The position numbers and the translations under genes were made by a program. A stretch of 63,657 nt of DNA, the filler included, from Octopus bimaculoides (taxonomy: Eukaryota): assembly GCF_001194135.2 (NCBI RefSeq). It is 7 parts of 7 records of this genome, joined end to end, with 100 filler letters (N's around TTAATTAATTAA, not from the genome) between each part and the next. Parts side by side here need not be neighbours in the genome. Positions count along the whole stretch, not along the records: positions 1 to 18,209 come from NC_068993.1; 6 more parts are not named here. The stretch is one strand, 5' to 3'. The notes below the pieces were generated by a model that worked only from the letters and a program-made list of their open reading frames with translations, was not told the DNA's origin and did not search any database. Positions 1 to 13,669 of this stretch are shown in pieces (the first letter of the stretch is position 1; each line of letters begins with the position of its first letter).

Positions 1-35
<35 letters not shown>

Positions 36-2124
36 AAAGAAATGCACACACACATACATATATATACACGTAAATAATCCAAATTTAGAGAATACGCTTG
101 TATATATGTAAATATATACATGCATATACATGTAAGAGTCTAAGCTAATACATTCATGTATATTTATATACATATATACATCAATATGTATACAAATGCG
201 CATACGCCTGTGTGTGTATATATGCATATAATGCATACACATGCACACATGTATACCTGCATAAGGATGCATGTGTATATATTGACGCGCGCACACACAG
301 ATTGATGTATGGGTGCGTCTGAGTGTATGTCTGTTTGAGTGTATATATATAAACATGCACTTCGTGTCCTTCTACGTATAGAATGTTAAATTATATATAT
401 GTGATCGATATATGGATGGTTTTCATCCAACAATACACTTCAAATCTAAACAGTCTGATGCTCACGATATATAATTTACCTTCGCATTTCTTGTATCATC
501 TTTCTTTCACTTGTTTCAGTCAATGGACTACGGCCATGGAGGAGCACCGGATTGAGGAAAATGTGGGAAGCTTCACGAATTTGCGTGCAACCTTTTTGCT
601 TCGTGTTCAATACCATCGCACGGCTAGTTTTGTGCGCCAGCACTTACCAAACTGGTTACAAATCAAGGGATCATAAATTTATGCACAGGCGAAAATGACA
701 TTTTCCTGGTTAGTTCTGGAACAGATTATAAAAATAATTACAATCCCACGCGGTTAATTCATATTTTTCGAATAGCTTGCCCGTTGTACCATTCGATAAT
801 CACAGAAATATATAAGCAGATATATTTATAAATAAACATGGTACAACAATTATTTCAAATGCACGAAGATGAGGCAAGAAAACAATGCATATACAATACA
901 CCTAGACTTAGCCAAACACCCTAACTATCAGGCGACGTGCTGATATGTAAGTAGGCTGCGCAAGTAGGATGAATTCAGAATATGCAATATGAACGGCTTC
1001 AAAATGGCAACCTTATCGATACATAAGGTACGTATGTTCCTTAAACACCAAGAGCTGTTGTTTTTGCGTTCCGGAAAAATTCCTTAAATGTTAGAAAAAA
1101 ACAGGTTATACTTCAAAGCTAGACGAAACGAAATCGTCAAGAAACCAGTTTATACCACACATATTTTATATATGTGGTGATGGTAATGCCTATAATATTA
1201 AAATGATTCTATTGCGTAATTTGAATTTATTCAACTTGTGCAGCACCTTTACTTATCAGTATATAGCTTTTACAATATCTGTATATACTTCACACGAGTG
1301 ATTTTGGTTTTGCCTCGGAAGTACTTGACTGCGCGGTATCGAGTTCGATTCTGGGGTGATATCTTTTCGTTTAGCTGTATACAGTACTTTTATTAACACT
1401 AAAACCAGGAATTAATGTTTCTTCCCGGACGTTAAACTGCAATTCCTGGCGTTTAAAGGACACACGTACATCAAATATATGCTATCGTTAATATGAATGT
1501 ACATACATACATCATACGAACATAAATATAGTTATATATGTATATGCGTGTATGTGTGTGCGTGTGGGCGTGTGTGTTTACGTGTGTGTGCGCGAACAAG
1601 GAGAGACAGAGAGAGTAACAGACACAGAGAGTGCCATGCAGAATGAGAAAAACTGAGAGTAATGTTGTGGCGTGGGAGAGAGTGTAGTTTAGAAGTAATA
1701 CTGCTGCTGATACTGATGATGATGATGATAATGATGCGCTGGTTTTTCTTTTTGTTGTTGAATGTTCTTTTTGCCTCATTTATATATTGATTAACACGCA
1801 AAATCGTCTGCTTTCTCAAAATATTGCCAAAAATGAATTGAAGCGGAAAAACGTCTTGTTTATTACAAAAACAACATCAACAACAACAGCAACTTTTAAG
1901 ATCAGCTAACCCATACACGACAGCCATTACAACAACAACAACAACAACTACTACTACTACTACTACTACTGCTGCTGCTGTTACTTTATCAATAACCAAC
2001 CATAACAACAACAACAACAAAATCATCGATAAGAATAAAAAAAATTATTCAAGCACAACACAGGAAAACCAATAGAGAACGAAAATTATGACTAGAAAAA
2101 AATAGCAAGAAAATAATATATACT

Positions 2125-2375
2125 CGTGGGACTCCGTCGGTTGCGACGAGGAGGGTTCCAGTTGATCCGATCAGCGGAACAACCTGCTCGTGAAATTAAC
2201 GGGCAAGTGGCTGAGCACTCCACAGACACTTAATATAGTTCTCAGGGAGACTCAGCGTGACACAGAGTCTGACAAGGCTGGCCCTTTGAAATACAGGTAC
2301 AGCAGAAACACGAAGAAAGAGTGAGAGAAAGTTGTGGTGGAAGAGTACAGCAGGGTTTGCCACCCCAGCCCCACC
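2125..2375 (-). mobile_element. SINE body (3' part), headless copy
   Basis: Similar to 36545-36835 (GGTTCCAGTTGATCCGATC...TCAGCGTGACAC...GCCCTTTGAAATAC) and to part of 56150-56445, both of which end in a tRNA-like head on the - strand. Confidence 0.6.
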
Positions 2376-2489
2376 AAGAGCCCACAGTGAGCGTAAAACT
2401 CCGCCAAGCCAACACACCGTCCTCTCAACGATTAGCCAGAGATGATTTTTAAAATGAAAATATCTGAAATAAAGTGGAATACTAAAAAT

Positions 2490-2690
2490 GAACCCGACCG
2501 CTCTCAAAAAATAATCCAGAATCCTTGTCTGCAACCGGATCGTTCCCAAAATCTAATCAGTTCGTGCCAGTCATAAGGCCAAACATCTCTGAAAGTTTCA
2601 TCCGAATCCATCCAGTGGTTCTTGAGATATCTTGTCCACGGTCAAACAAGCACAACTGAAACAATACATGCTTCCTCATCATGTGATGAA
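2490..2690. mobile_element. Non-autonomous repeat fragment, possibly Helentron/DINE-like
   Basis: AAGTTTCATCCGAATCCATCCAGTGGTTCTTGAGATATC followed by a CAAA/GACA-type repeat and a short terminal hairpin (CTTCCTCATCATGTGATGAAG). Family assignment is by pattern recognition only. Confidence 0.35.
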
Positions 2691-2949
2691 GGTATTGTAC
2701 TATGACTGATATTATTAGGAGAGAAAATATTTTCCTTATATATTTATGATACTTGGATGCAAGACATTTGGCTGGTGATTCTCTGGAAACTGAGATTTAA
2801 TCTCATTGTTACTATTGTTCTTCCTAAAGTTCGTTTTTCCTTGTTTACTTTTCTTAATTCTTCGTAGCATTCAAGTCTTTCCTGTGTCATCAGTTTCTTT
2901 CGGCTAGTTTCCACGCTTTCCTGGGCACAGTTCTGGTATTACTCCGTGG

Positions 2950-3560
2950 CCATCGGGGGAATTATCAAAACTTGCAAGTCTACTTCGTGTCTGTTTTGTC
3001 CATTTTACCGTACTGCGACATAAAGGTTACTTCTAACCATCAATCACTCCGCGTTGTCTGCTAAGTCTTTTACAGAGTTTACCAACAATTTCAACTTGTA
3101 CTTTGGTTGTATCTTCAGTTTTAAACATAGAGAAGATAATGAAATAAATGGGGCTTTTTTCTTTTACAATTCAGATAATTTTACTGATATGTCTGGGAAG
3201 TTTGCTGTTTTCTTTGCTGCAAAGAGGAATGTAAACGGCTTTTATATTTTCGTACACAGATAGATGTAATTTTTCTCTTCAATGCGGGTTATTGCATCGT
3301 TCTTATCCAAATCTCCATTAATATCAAACAAGTATTATATTTCAATAAGGAATATAGAGAAAATTTGAAATCCGTATTTGTAGATGTTTCATTGTGTGTA
3401 TCATGGTCCGAATTGTATATATTTGGAGAGAATTAAATCGCATGAACAACGGTTCAAATTGAATAAAATCCCAAGAATATTTCTTTTATCTTGTAGGCAG
3501 AACATTCGATAGAAATTAAAATATATTTCTATTTGATAGAAATAGGGCGTGAATATCATT
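2950..3560 (-). pseudogene. Very degenerate reverse-transcriptase-like relic, possibly Penelope-like
   Basis: Minus-strand remnant AATTCTCTCC-AAATATACAATTC-GGACCATG resembles the PLE RT motif NSLHPNIQFTM after indels. Many stops. Confidence 0.25.
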
Positions 3561-4061
3561 CCAAACCAAAATTCTTTATGCGCGTAAAGTAGGCCAGCAG
3601 TTCTCTTATCAGCGGAAGCAGTTAAAAAAGATTAATAGCTACTTCCAATAAATTTCGGTTAACAGCGGTCAGAGAGCGGATTTAATTCTGAAGAAGGCAC
3701 CAAAAAGGACAAATATAAAACGTGATAGTAAAAGTAGTTTAGAATATTCTGCCTTAGCAACGGAAAAAGAAATGAATAAAAGAGGGAGAAAATTTCCAAT
3801 TTTATCCAAATTAAATTACTGTCATTTGATTTCATTCTCTCGGTGGACGTACGCATATAAGACTGTATATACTCTGTTACTGTACAACAGCTACATATAA
3901 ACAAAAATTTTTTACTTAATATGTAATTAGTTTTGGAATATATTTTCAAGATATTGTTTCTGGCGTCTGATGATTGCTTGAATTTTAACTGGGTATGAAA
4001 CTTAATTTACCGATGTATAAATTTTAACGCTCTTTATATAATACAAGTCTAACAAAAGTTC

Positions 4062-4097
<36 letters not shown>

Positions 4098-4217
4098 TTA
4101 TACATCTGTAATTATATCACTGTGTTTTTATAGATTAAGTTTAAGTAAACTACGTAGTTGACATATAAACAGGAGAAATATAAGTATTTTTCTGTAGAAT
4201 GAAAAAAAAAAGATCAT

Positions 4218-4258
4218 CCTTACTCGATTTTCGAAGCTTATTGTATTCTCATCAGAGG
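4218..4258 (-). ncRNA. Minimal type-I hammerhead ribozyme-like motif
   Basis: Minus strand reads CCT-CTGATGA-GAA(TACAATAAGC)TTC-GAAA-A-TCGA-GTA-AGG: intact core, 3-bp stems I and II, palindromic loop III, GUA triplet. C15.2 is A. Confidence 0.55.
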
Positions 4259-4476
4259 TGTCTGCAATACCTTACCAATCCGAGAGAGAAAAGTTGTCAA
4301 TCTGTTTCTATATACAACAAATCCAGTATCCTGAGAGAAGTGAAGCTAGTAAAATAGCATATTATAAGTGGTTAAGACTTCGTTTATTAACAATGGCTGG
4401 CCTGTCAACCGGGAGCTTAGTCCACAAAGTATCAAGGTACGACACATGTAAACCAACGTGCATGCATAAGCATGTA

Positions 4477-4690
4477 CGATGAGGTGCTGGAAAGTTTCTG
4501 ACTTTAAGCGTGTCGTGGAATGCCTGGTTGGAGGCCCAATCTTCTCAGTTCTTTTACAGGGCTTAGAAAACTGAAGGGTCGCTGCAATAACTGTGTGAAT
4601 CTGGCAGAGTAATATGCTGAATAAAATCGTAATTAAATGATACGCCTGTATTTTGTCACCCAAAGCCGGGATCTTTCTCGCGTCCTCTCG
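4477..4690 (+). mobile_element. Mariner-derived MITE (internally deleted)
   Basis: TA on both sides. Degenerate TIRs CGATGAGGTGCTGGAAAGTTTCTGACTTT / AAAGCCGGGATCTTTCTCGCGTCCTCTCG. Interior encodes GLEN..GRCNNCVNL..*YAE*, resembling the mariner transposase C-terminus (W.KC..L.G.YVE*). Confidence 0.7.
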
Positions 4691-4830
4691 TATATGTAAA
4701 AGACACTGATTGGTTATATAACATTTTCTAAATAAATGGCTTACCTTTTACCTCTTACTTGTTCACACGAACACGCATACACACACACACACACACGTGT
4801 CCACCAATTTATCACTTCAGCCATAGAATA

Positions 4831-4894
<64 letters not shown>

Positions 4895-4938
4895 GTCTGT
4901 CTGTCTGTCTATTTGTGTGTGTGTGCGTGTTTGTGATG

Positions 4939-4969
<31 letters not shown>

Positions 4970-5131
4970 ATGTATGCGTGTTTGTGTTTGTATCCGTGTA
5001 ATATCCTTGTTCTTGTTACCATAACCGCGATCCGCATTTTTTTTTTATAAAGTCGAACAATCGTTTCTTGACGTAGTCTCGCAAAAGAACGAAAAGTACA
5101 ACTGAGATAGAATGAGTGCAAGATATGTCGA

Positions 5132-5512
<381 letters not shown>

Positions 5513-5646
5513 AACTTCAAAAAAAATAATAAGTGAAAAGAGAAATGAATAGGAAACTAGATGGGTAGGTTTGTGGCGTGTTAGGCAACGGATGTGGGTA
5601 TTCCTCGTTGTTATTGCTCGGTATTCAAATTCTGGCAAACAGTCTT

Positions 5647-5871
5647 TTAGATATTGGCACTTGGCACTGCAGAAAATGTCCGTTGCCTTCCGTTAGGAGA
5701 TTTTTCTGTCAGACAGGAGGCTGTCAGGGAACGGCTAGGAGAGGATGTGAGAACGGTCGCTGCAAAAGACTGGAGACCAGCGATGGGAAGACAATATAAG
5801 TGATCAGGTTTTGGCGTAAGATTTCTTGTTGAGGAGTGAGGTAGTGAGTGTGGACCTGGGAGGGTGTTCGT
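5647..5871 (-). CDS. Candidate terminal exon of an unknown minus-strand gene
   Basis: Strong polypyrimidine acceptor (TTCTTTTCCACTCTTCCTTCTCCAG) followed by a non-repetitive island open for 74 codons (TNTLPGP...SPNGRQRTFSAVPSANI*). No homology recognised. Confidence 0.3.
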   Translation of the reverse strand, partial: TNTLPGPHSLPHSSTRNLTPKPDHLYCLPIAGLQSFAATVLTSSPSRSLTASCLTEKSPNGRQRTFSAVPSANI

Positions 5872-6121
5872 CTGGAGAAGGAAGAGTGGAAAAGAATGAG
5901 TAAATTAGTACGAAAGAATGACGGAGAATGCATGTCAAGATGCGTATGCGTGCGTATGTATGTGTGTGTGTGTATTTGTGAGTTTGTGCGTATTAATGTA
6001 TATGTGTGACTTTGTAAGTGTTTGTATGCATGTGTAAGTGGATATCGATGTTTTACGGTGCTTCTTTATGTGTCAGCGTATAAGAAGGAGTACAACAGCG
6101 AGGAAGACAAAGAGACAGAAA

Positions 6122-6157
<36 letters not shown>

Positions 6158-6605
6158 NNNNNNNNNNNNNNNNNNNNNNNNNNNNNNNNNNNNNNNNNNN
6201 NNNNNNNNNNNNNNNNNNNNNNNNNNNNNNNNNNNNNNNNNNNNNNNNNNNNNNNNNNNNNNNNNNNNNNNNNNNNNNNNNNNNNNNNNNNNNNNNNNNN
6301 NNNNNNNNNNNNNNNNNNNNNNNNNNNNNNNNNNNNNNNNNNNNNNNNNNNNNNNNNNNNNNNNNNNNNNNNNNNNNNNNNNNNNNNNNNNNNNNNNNNN
6401 NNNNNNNNNNNNNNNNNNNNNNNNNNNNNNNNNNNNNNNNNNNNNNNNNNNNNNNNNNNNNNNNNNNNNNNNNNNNNNNNNNNNNNNNNNNNNNNNNNNN
6501 NNNNNNNNNNNNNNNNNNNNNNNNNNNNNNNNNNNNNNNNNNNNNNNNNNNNNNNNNNNNNNNNNNNNNNNNNNNNNNNNNNNNNNNNNNNNNNNNNNNN
6601 NNNNN

Positions 6606-6658
<53 letters not shown>

Positions 6659-6659
<1 letters not shown>

Positions 6660-6815
6660 GACGGGCTTCTTTCAGTTTCCGTCTCATAATACACTCATAA
6701 GGCTTTGGTCGGCCCGAGGCTATAGTAGAAAGTACTTGGCCAAGGTGCCACGCAGTGGGACTGAACCCAGAACCGTGTGGTTGATATGCAAGCTACTTGC
6801 CACACAGTCACTCTT
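6659..6815 (-). mobile_element. Abundant tRNA-derived SINE family A (OK/Twitch-like), 5' half
   Basis: Reverse complement matches the head of the full copy at 30099-30490 (GTGGCTGTGTGGTAAGTAGC...GGGTTCAGTCCCACTGCGTGGCACCTTGG). Confidence 0.85.
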
Positions 6816-6824
6816 ATATATACC

Positions 6825-7322
6825 ACCACCACCACCACCGAAAACATCGTCTTTATTAACCTCATTCTCAATGCGATGGTCATCACCCATGTCATCAACG
6901 CCATTGAGCACATCGTCATCGCTGTTATCGTCACCACAATCGTAACCATCGCCCCCCCCCACCAGCGCTTGCTTCGTCAACAACATAATAAGAATCATCG
7001 TTATCATGATCTTTGACCTACTCTCAGTCAACTTGTTTCCTTAAAACAACAACATCATCATCATCATCGTCATCATCATCATCGTCATTGTTACGGTGAG
7101 GACGATAACGATGAATGATGATTGGGTTTAGGACGATGATAAAGATCATTCTCATCATCCGCACTCTCCCCCCCCCCACGTACTCACAAGCATCATCATC
7201 ATCCATACCATTAACATCATCGCAACCTTTATCCATCATTATCGTCATCATCTTCATCATCATCATCGTCACCACCGTCGTCATCATCGTCATCATCACC
7301 ATCACTATCATCGTCGTCGTCG

Positions 7323-7363
<41 letters not shown>

Positions 7364-7384
7364 GTCATCGTCATCATCATCATT
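6825..7384. repeat. (CAC)n/(CAT)n/(CGT)n low-complexity block
   Basis: Directly visible triplet mosaic. Confidence 0.9.
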
Positions 7385-8797
7385 TATATATATATATTTA
7401 TTATTTTCCCCTTGGTATTAACAAAGCTATATATATATATATATATATANNNNNNNNNNNNNNNNNNNNNNNNNNNNNNNNNNNNNNNNNNNNNNNNNNN
7501 NNNNNNNNNNNNNNNNNNNNNNNNNNNNNNNNNNNNNNNNNNNNNNNNNNNNNNNNNNNNNNNNNNNNNNNNNNNNNNNNNNNNNNNNNNNNNNNNNNNN
7601 NNNNNNNNNNNNNNNNNNNNNNNNNNNNNNNNNNNNNNNNNNNNNNNNNNNNNNNNNNNNNNNNNNNNNNNNNNNNNNNNNNNNNNNNNNNNNNNNNNNN
7701 NNNNNNNNNNNNNNNNNNNNNNNNNNNNNNNNNNNNNNNNNNNNNNNNNNNNNNNNNNNNNNNNNNNNNNNNNNNNNNNNNNNNNNNNNNNNNNNNNNNN
7801 NNNNNNNNNNNNNNNNNNNNNNNNNNNNNNNNNNNNNNNNNNNNNNNNNNNNNNNNNNNNNNNNNNNNNNNNNNNNNNNNNNNNNNNNNNNNNNNNNNNN
7901 NNNNNNNNNNNNNNNNNNNNNNNNNNNNNNNNNNNNNNNNNNNNNNNNNNNNNNNNNNNNNNNNNNNNNNNNNNNNNNACTGTAATATTTGACATAATTA
8001 TGCCCCTATAAAGGTTTTTCGGAAACATCAAATGTAAGTATCAGGCATAAAATTAACGAGGTTGATTTGGTCGTGTAGGAATTTCAATTCAGTGCTCCAA
8101 CATGGTCGTATCAAAAAAGAATATAAGAATAAAAGACACCGTCTTATATTAAGTCGAATGACTTGGGAAACAATTTAACTTTTATTAATTAATTATTAAT
8201 AGATTTGATTAAGATTTGGCTTTAAAAATTAACAAGGATATACGGATGGATATATTGTATATGTTTGTCTGTCTGCTTGTCTTTCTGTCTATCTGTATGT
8301 ATGTATATATATGTATGTATATATGTATGTATGTATGCGTATATGTACGAATGAATGCACATGTAAGATATAGAATTTTATAGTCGCAATAAAATAATGG
8401 TAAAATCACGTGTGATGCTTCAATAGAATTGATGTCGCTATTGTTGTTAATGTTTGTATAGTCTACATTATGAACAGTATTAATAACAACATCAATTCTA
8501 TGCGTATCAGTATTACACATGATATTGTCTTTATTCACATCATTTCATTTGCATAATTGCTAATAATGATGTTAATAATGACCATAATGATGGTGGTGGT
8601 GGTGGTGGTGGTGACAATGATCGATATGTTTGATGATGCTGGTGATGGTATTGGTGTTAGTGATGATGATGATGGTGATGAAGACGATGACGATAATGAT
8701 TTTGGGAATGGATGCGTAAATGTATCGTCTTATTCTCACATTATTGTATATAACATGCAAAAAAAGAACTGCAGTAACCACACAAATATTCATGCAA

Positions 8798-8829
<32 letters not shown>

Positions 8830-10400
8830 ACACACACATACATATTAAATGTAATATATATATATACCTATATATACATACGCAGTTATATNNNNNNNNN
8901 NNNNNNNNNNNNNNNNNNNNNNNNNNNNNNNNNNNNNNNNNNNNNNNNNNNNNNNNNNNNNNNNNNNNNNNNNNNNNNNNNNNNNNNNNNNNNNNNNNNN
9001 NNNNNNNNNNNNNNNNNNNNNNNNNNNNNNNNNNNNNNNNNNNNNNNNNNNNNNNNNNNNNNATATATATATATATATATATAAACATATATATATATAT
9101 ATACGTACATACATATATATATATACATACATATACATACATATATATATAAGCATGCATGCATACACATTGTACAGATGCAAGACAGGGTTCGGACAAA
9201 CAAGGACAGACAAACGGATTAAGTCGATTATATCGACCCCAGTGCGTAATTGGTACGTACAGATTTAGTCCCGTTAGCGACCAATCTGTTTCCTTGTTTT
9301 TATTACCAAAAATCTTTTTTTCATACAATTTCATTAGTGTTGCCAATACACGTCAGAGAGTAGGTGTAATATTTGGAAGACACTCCAGTCTTGATGACTC
9401 AAAAAAAAAAAAAATACAGGTGATGGAGAAATATGATGGATTATTTTTCTGGTCCTATAAAAAACAAGGACTATGGCCGCTGATGGGTTAATGAAAAGAA
9501 AGTAATCAAAATTTTGGATAATTATTTATTGAGCATCTCCATCTCGTTTCAGAGATTCATCACAAATGATTTCTTTACAGAAAATTTATGCTCTTTATAT
9601 ATATGTGAGTTAATTGAAGGAATCTGGAGTTGATTGGGGAAAAGAAAGTTTTCTTTTTGTTATATACGTGTATGTAAGTATGTGTGCGTATTGAATTTTT
9701 AGAAGATGGGTTACAGTGGGAAAATACACACGCAAACATGCACACACATACACACAAACACTCACACATACGGAATTTGTACTTAGAGCATAAAGACGGA
9801 CGAAATGCCGCTCCGTATTTTGCTCGACGTATTAAATATTCTGCCAGCTCAGCTCACCACCATTATCGCAGTATATAAAGCATGCTAAAGTGTCGCTTTA
9901 ACGCCGCTACCGCCCGATGCCATTCTATGTACCAGTAATAAAAATACTGGATGTATTTCATAGGTAGCATGTAGCGTAAAACACAATACAATCAGTCATC
10001 AATATAGACGGATATATTAGGATTATGATAAGCTTGTAGCAGTTGCCTATTCAGAATACGCAATATATCAAAACCAATCAAGTAGACATGGATCCAGTAT
10101 TTCTGAGCAAAAGTCGTTGTACTCTGATAGAAAAATCTTAGAATATATTCTTGCAGAAATTAATGGTCGAAGATGGAACAAAGATTGAATATGTTCGAAT
10201 CGAAATAATACGAGAGACGTCGATGTGTATAGATCACAAATTTCAGGCATTAATAGTAATGCTGTGGACTAATAATAAAAGTGATATGATGGGAATCATG
10301 ACAGCCAATCATATTTTGATTCGCAATATTGGACACTTTGACAATTGGAAGAAATCGCAGACTATAACAACTAAATGCAACATATTATTACACCACTCTG

Positions 10401-10431
<31 letters not shown>

Positions 10432-10455
10432 GACACAGACACAGACACACACACA

Positions 10456-10492
<37 letters not shown>

Positions 10493-11755
10493 ATATAAAT
10501 TTGTATATAGATAGTTTCGTAGTTGGATGGATAGATATAGGTGTGTGTGCGTATATATATATATATATATATGTACGTATGTGGCTGTTTATGTTCATTC
10601 AGACACACGAGTGTATGTGCAAACAGAAAGAATGGTATTCTATTACTGCAAAATCCATATATNNNNNNNNNNNNNNNNNNNNNNNNNNNNNNNNNNNNNN
10701 NNNNNNNNNNNNNNNNNNNNNNNNNNNNNNNNNNNNNNNNNNNNNNNNNNNNNNNNNNNNNNNNNNNNNNNNNNNNNNNNNNNNNNNNNNNNNNNNNNNN
10801 NNNNNNNNNNNNNNNNNNNNNNNNNNNNNNNNNNNNNNNNNNNNNNNNNNNNNNNNNNNNNNNNNNNNNNNNNNNNNNNNNNNNNNNNNNNNNNNNNNNN
10901 NNNNNNNNNNNNNNNNNNNNNNNNNNNNNNNNNNNNNNNNNNNNNNNNNNNNNNNNNNNNNNNNNNNNNNNNNNNNNNNNNNNNNNNNNNNNNNNNNNNN
11001 NNNNNNNNNNNNNNNNNNNNNNNNNNNNNNNNNNNNNNNNNNNNNNNNNNNNNNNNNNNNNNNNNNNNNNNNNNNNNNNNNNNNNNNNNNNNNNNNNNNN
11101 NNNNNNNNNNNNNNNNNNNNNNNNNNNNNNNNNNNNNNNNNNNNNNNNNNNNNNNNNNNNNNNNNNNNNNNNNNNNNNNNNNTCGATACACTACAATTTT
11201 ATTACTTTCTGCCATTGATTGTGTGTGTTTCTTTGTTTGTTGTTGTTGCTGTTGTTTTTTATACATGATTATGCAGTTTTCAGTTGCAAAAATCGAATCG
11301 GACAAAAGAATGAACCATACAGGAAAGAAACCTGAAGCCCCGTATCCATTCTAACGTTAATGTAACAGAAACACGTTTGACTCATGCAACGAAATCTGTG
11401 TGTAGTCTGAGACCATTTCATTATTATTTTTTTCGTTCTGATTTTCGCTTTTTTTCCGTTTTCTTTTTTGGTTGTGTTTCTTTTTTTTTTTTTTTCGTTG
11501 TTTGAATAAGACAAACATCGTTTTTCAATACTGGTCAAACAGAAATATAGTAAATAAAATAAACAGCATTAATAAAAATAAATAACAAATTTAAAATATG
11601 AAAAAAACAACAACAACAACAAATTAAACATGTAAATAAATAAAAATTTAAATATCATAACATTACCGACACCAAGAAAAAAAAACAATAATGATAACGC
11701 ATATAATAACAGCAACAACAACAATTACAACAAAATACAACTACAACACCGACAC

Positions 11756-11756
<1 letters not shown>

Positions 11757-11798
<42 letters not shown>

Positions 11799-11913
11799 TA
11801 TTATTATTATTATTATTATTATTATTTCTTTTATTTGCCACAGAAGAATAAGATGGGGTTGGGGTGTACATTATAATAATAATAACCACTACAGCAACAG
11901 CAACAACCAGAAC

Positions 11914-12011
<98 letters not shown>

Positions 12012-12110
12012 GAAGAAGAAGAAGAAGAAGAAGATGATGATGATGATGATGATGATGAAGATGATGATGAAGAAGAAGCAGAAGAAGAAGAAGAAGAAGA
12101 AGAAGAAGAA

Positions 12111-12157
<47 letters not shown>

Positions 12158-12176
12158 AGAAGAAGAAGAAGAAGAA
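11757..12176. repeat. Compound triplet array (AAT)n-(TAT)n...(AAT)n-(AAG)n-(GAT)n-(GAA)n
   Basis: Directly visible. Confidence 0.95.
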
Positions 12177-12504
12177 TGATTATGACAATAACGATACTAA
12201 TAACAAGTAGAAATATTTTGTGTGTTTTGATTTGTTGTTTTTTGATATTTAAATTTATTATTTATTTATTGGTTTATTTATTTATCTTTCATAGTTTTCT
12301 AACTAAGCTTCTATCTAATCTAAAAATATGTTCTAGGCGTAGAAATTTTGTTCCGGATCAGATTTTACAGAATCACCTAATTTCCGTTCCACTAGAATAC
12401 ATCCGTTCACAGACTGAAAAAAGTTGTAGGTTCCCATGATGGTTTTATCTTTTCTTTTTCTTTTTTTTTACTCCATTGGAAGTGGTGTAAATGTATATAC
12501 GTTC

Positions 12505-12547
<43 letters not shown>

Positions 12548-12555
12548 TAATGTTA

Positions 12556-12590
<35 letters not shown>

Positions 12591-12861
12591 GTTGTTGTTA
12601 TTATTATTGTTATTGTTATTATTATTATTATTATTTGTTTATTTATTTATATGTATATTTTGCATTTCAAAATCAAAATATCTTTTATTTTGTAACTTTT
12701 TTTGTCATGTTTTATTCTTCAATATATATATGTTTCTTTCTTCGTATACCTCACTGACTGCGTTGAATAACTGTATACATGGGTCTCCGTTTTGTTAGCA
12801 TAAACACATATATTTGTGTATGTGTGCATGAATGTGCGTGTGTGTGTTCTTTTTCGTAGTT

Positions 12862-12903
<42 letters not shown>

Positions 12904-13184
12904 AGGTGTCATATGATGACATTCCATGTGCATGTATTTTCTTTGAAAAATGCACATATGCAAATCAGCAGAAATGCAAATTGGTAATAAATGACTACAT
13001 CTCGCAACAAGTTAGAAGAAATCATTTAAACTAGACGAAATTTTAAATCAATTGATTATATTTTAAATTATATCATTTAAATAAAATGAAAGAGTGAAAC
13101 AGAAGAAAACGAAAATAGAGAGACGTTTAAGCAGGTGATGGAGGTTCAGGAGGCAGTGGACCGTATGCCCCTGAACAAATATTG

Positions 13185-13246
<62 letters not shown>

Positions 13247-13358
13247 GATGATAATAGTAATAACGTTGATGATGCTGTTGCTCATGATGTTAAAAGTACA
13301 ACGATAACAACAACAGCAGCAACATCAACAACAACAACTGCTGCTGCTGCTGCTGCTG

Positions 13359-13453
<95 letters not shown>

Positions 13454-13585
13454 TGTCATATGTGTCCTAGGAATGATAGCAAAATGGGGCTGATTGCTAC
13501 CTAGCTCAGATACTAGGACACCCCAAAGGGAAGAAATTCTATAGATAGGGCTCACGGAAACTGCCCATATCCTACGTAAAATATA
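13454..13585 (+). mobile_element. 5'-truncated R4/Dong-like LINE 3' fragment
   Basis: Starts immediately after (TAA)n. Frameshifted translation LGMIAK-GADCYLAQILGHPK...GTAHILRKI matches the C-termini of the copies at 25075-27535. Confidence 0.6.
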
Positions 13586-13599
13586 TAGATAGGTTAATT

Positions 13600-13669
<70 letters not shown>

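Noticed and set aside
1105-1156. Hammerhead-like layout with GACGA/TCGTC stem and GAAAC-CA-GTT
   Set aside because: Core CTTCAAA has three substitutions; cannot be distinguished from chance
3962-4015. CTGATGA...GAAAC-TTAA motif
   Set aside because: No credible stem II or stem I pairing and no GUH triplet
5578-5799. 73-aa Cys-rich + strand ORF (possible toxin or defensin-like peptide)
   Set aside because: GTG start, no convincing signal peptide or recognised Cys framework. Splice signals favour the opposite strand if anything
9418-9491. MEKYDGLFFWSYKK, reminiscent of a GH5 glucanase C-terminal W-F-F-W motif
   Set aside because: No polypyrimidine tract at the putative acceptor, and too short to be significant
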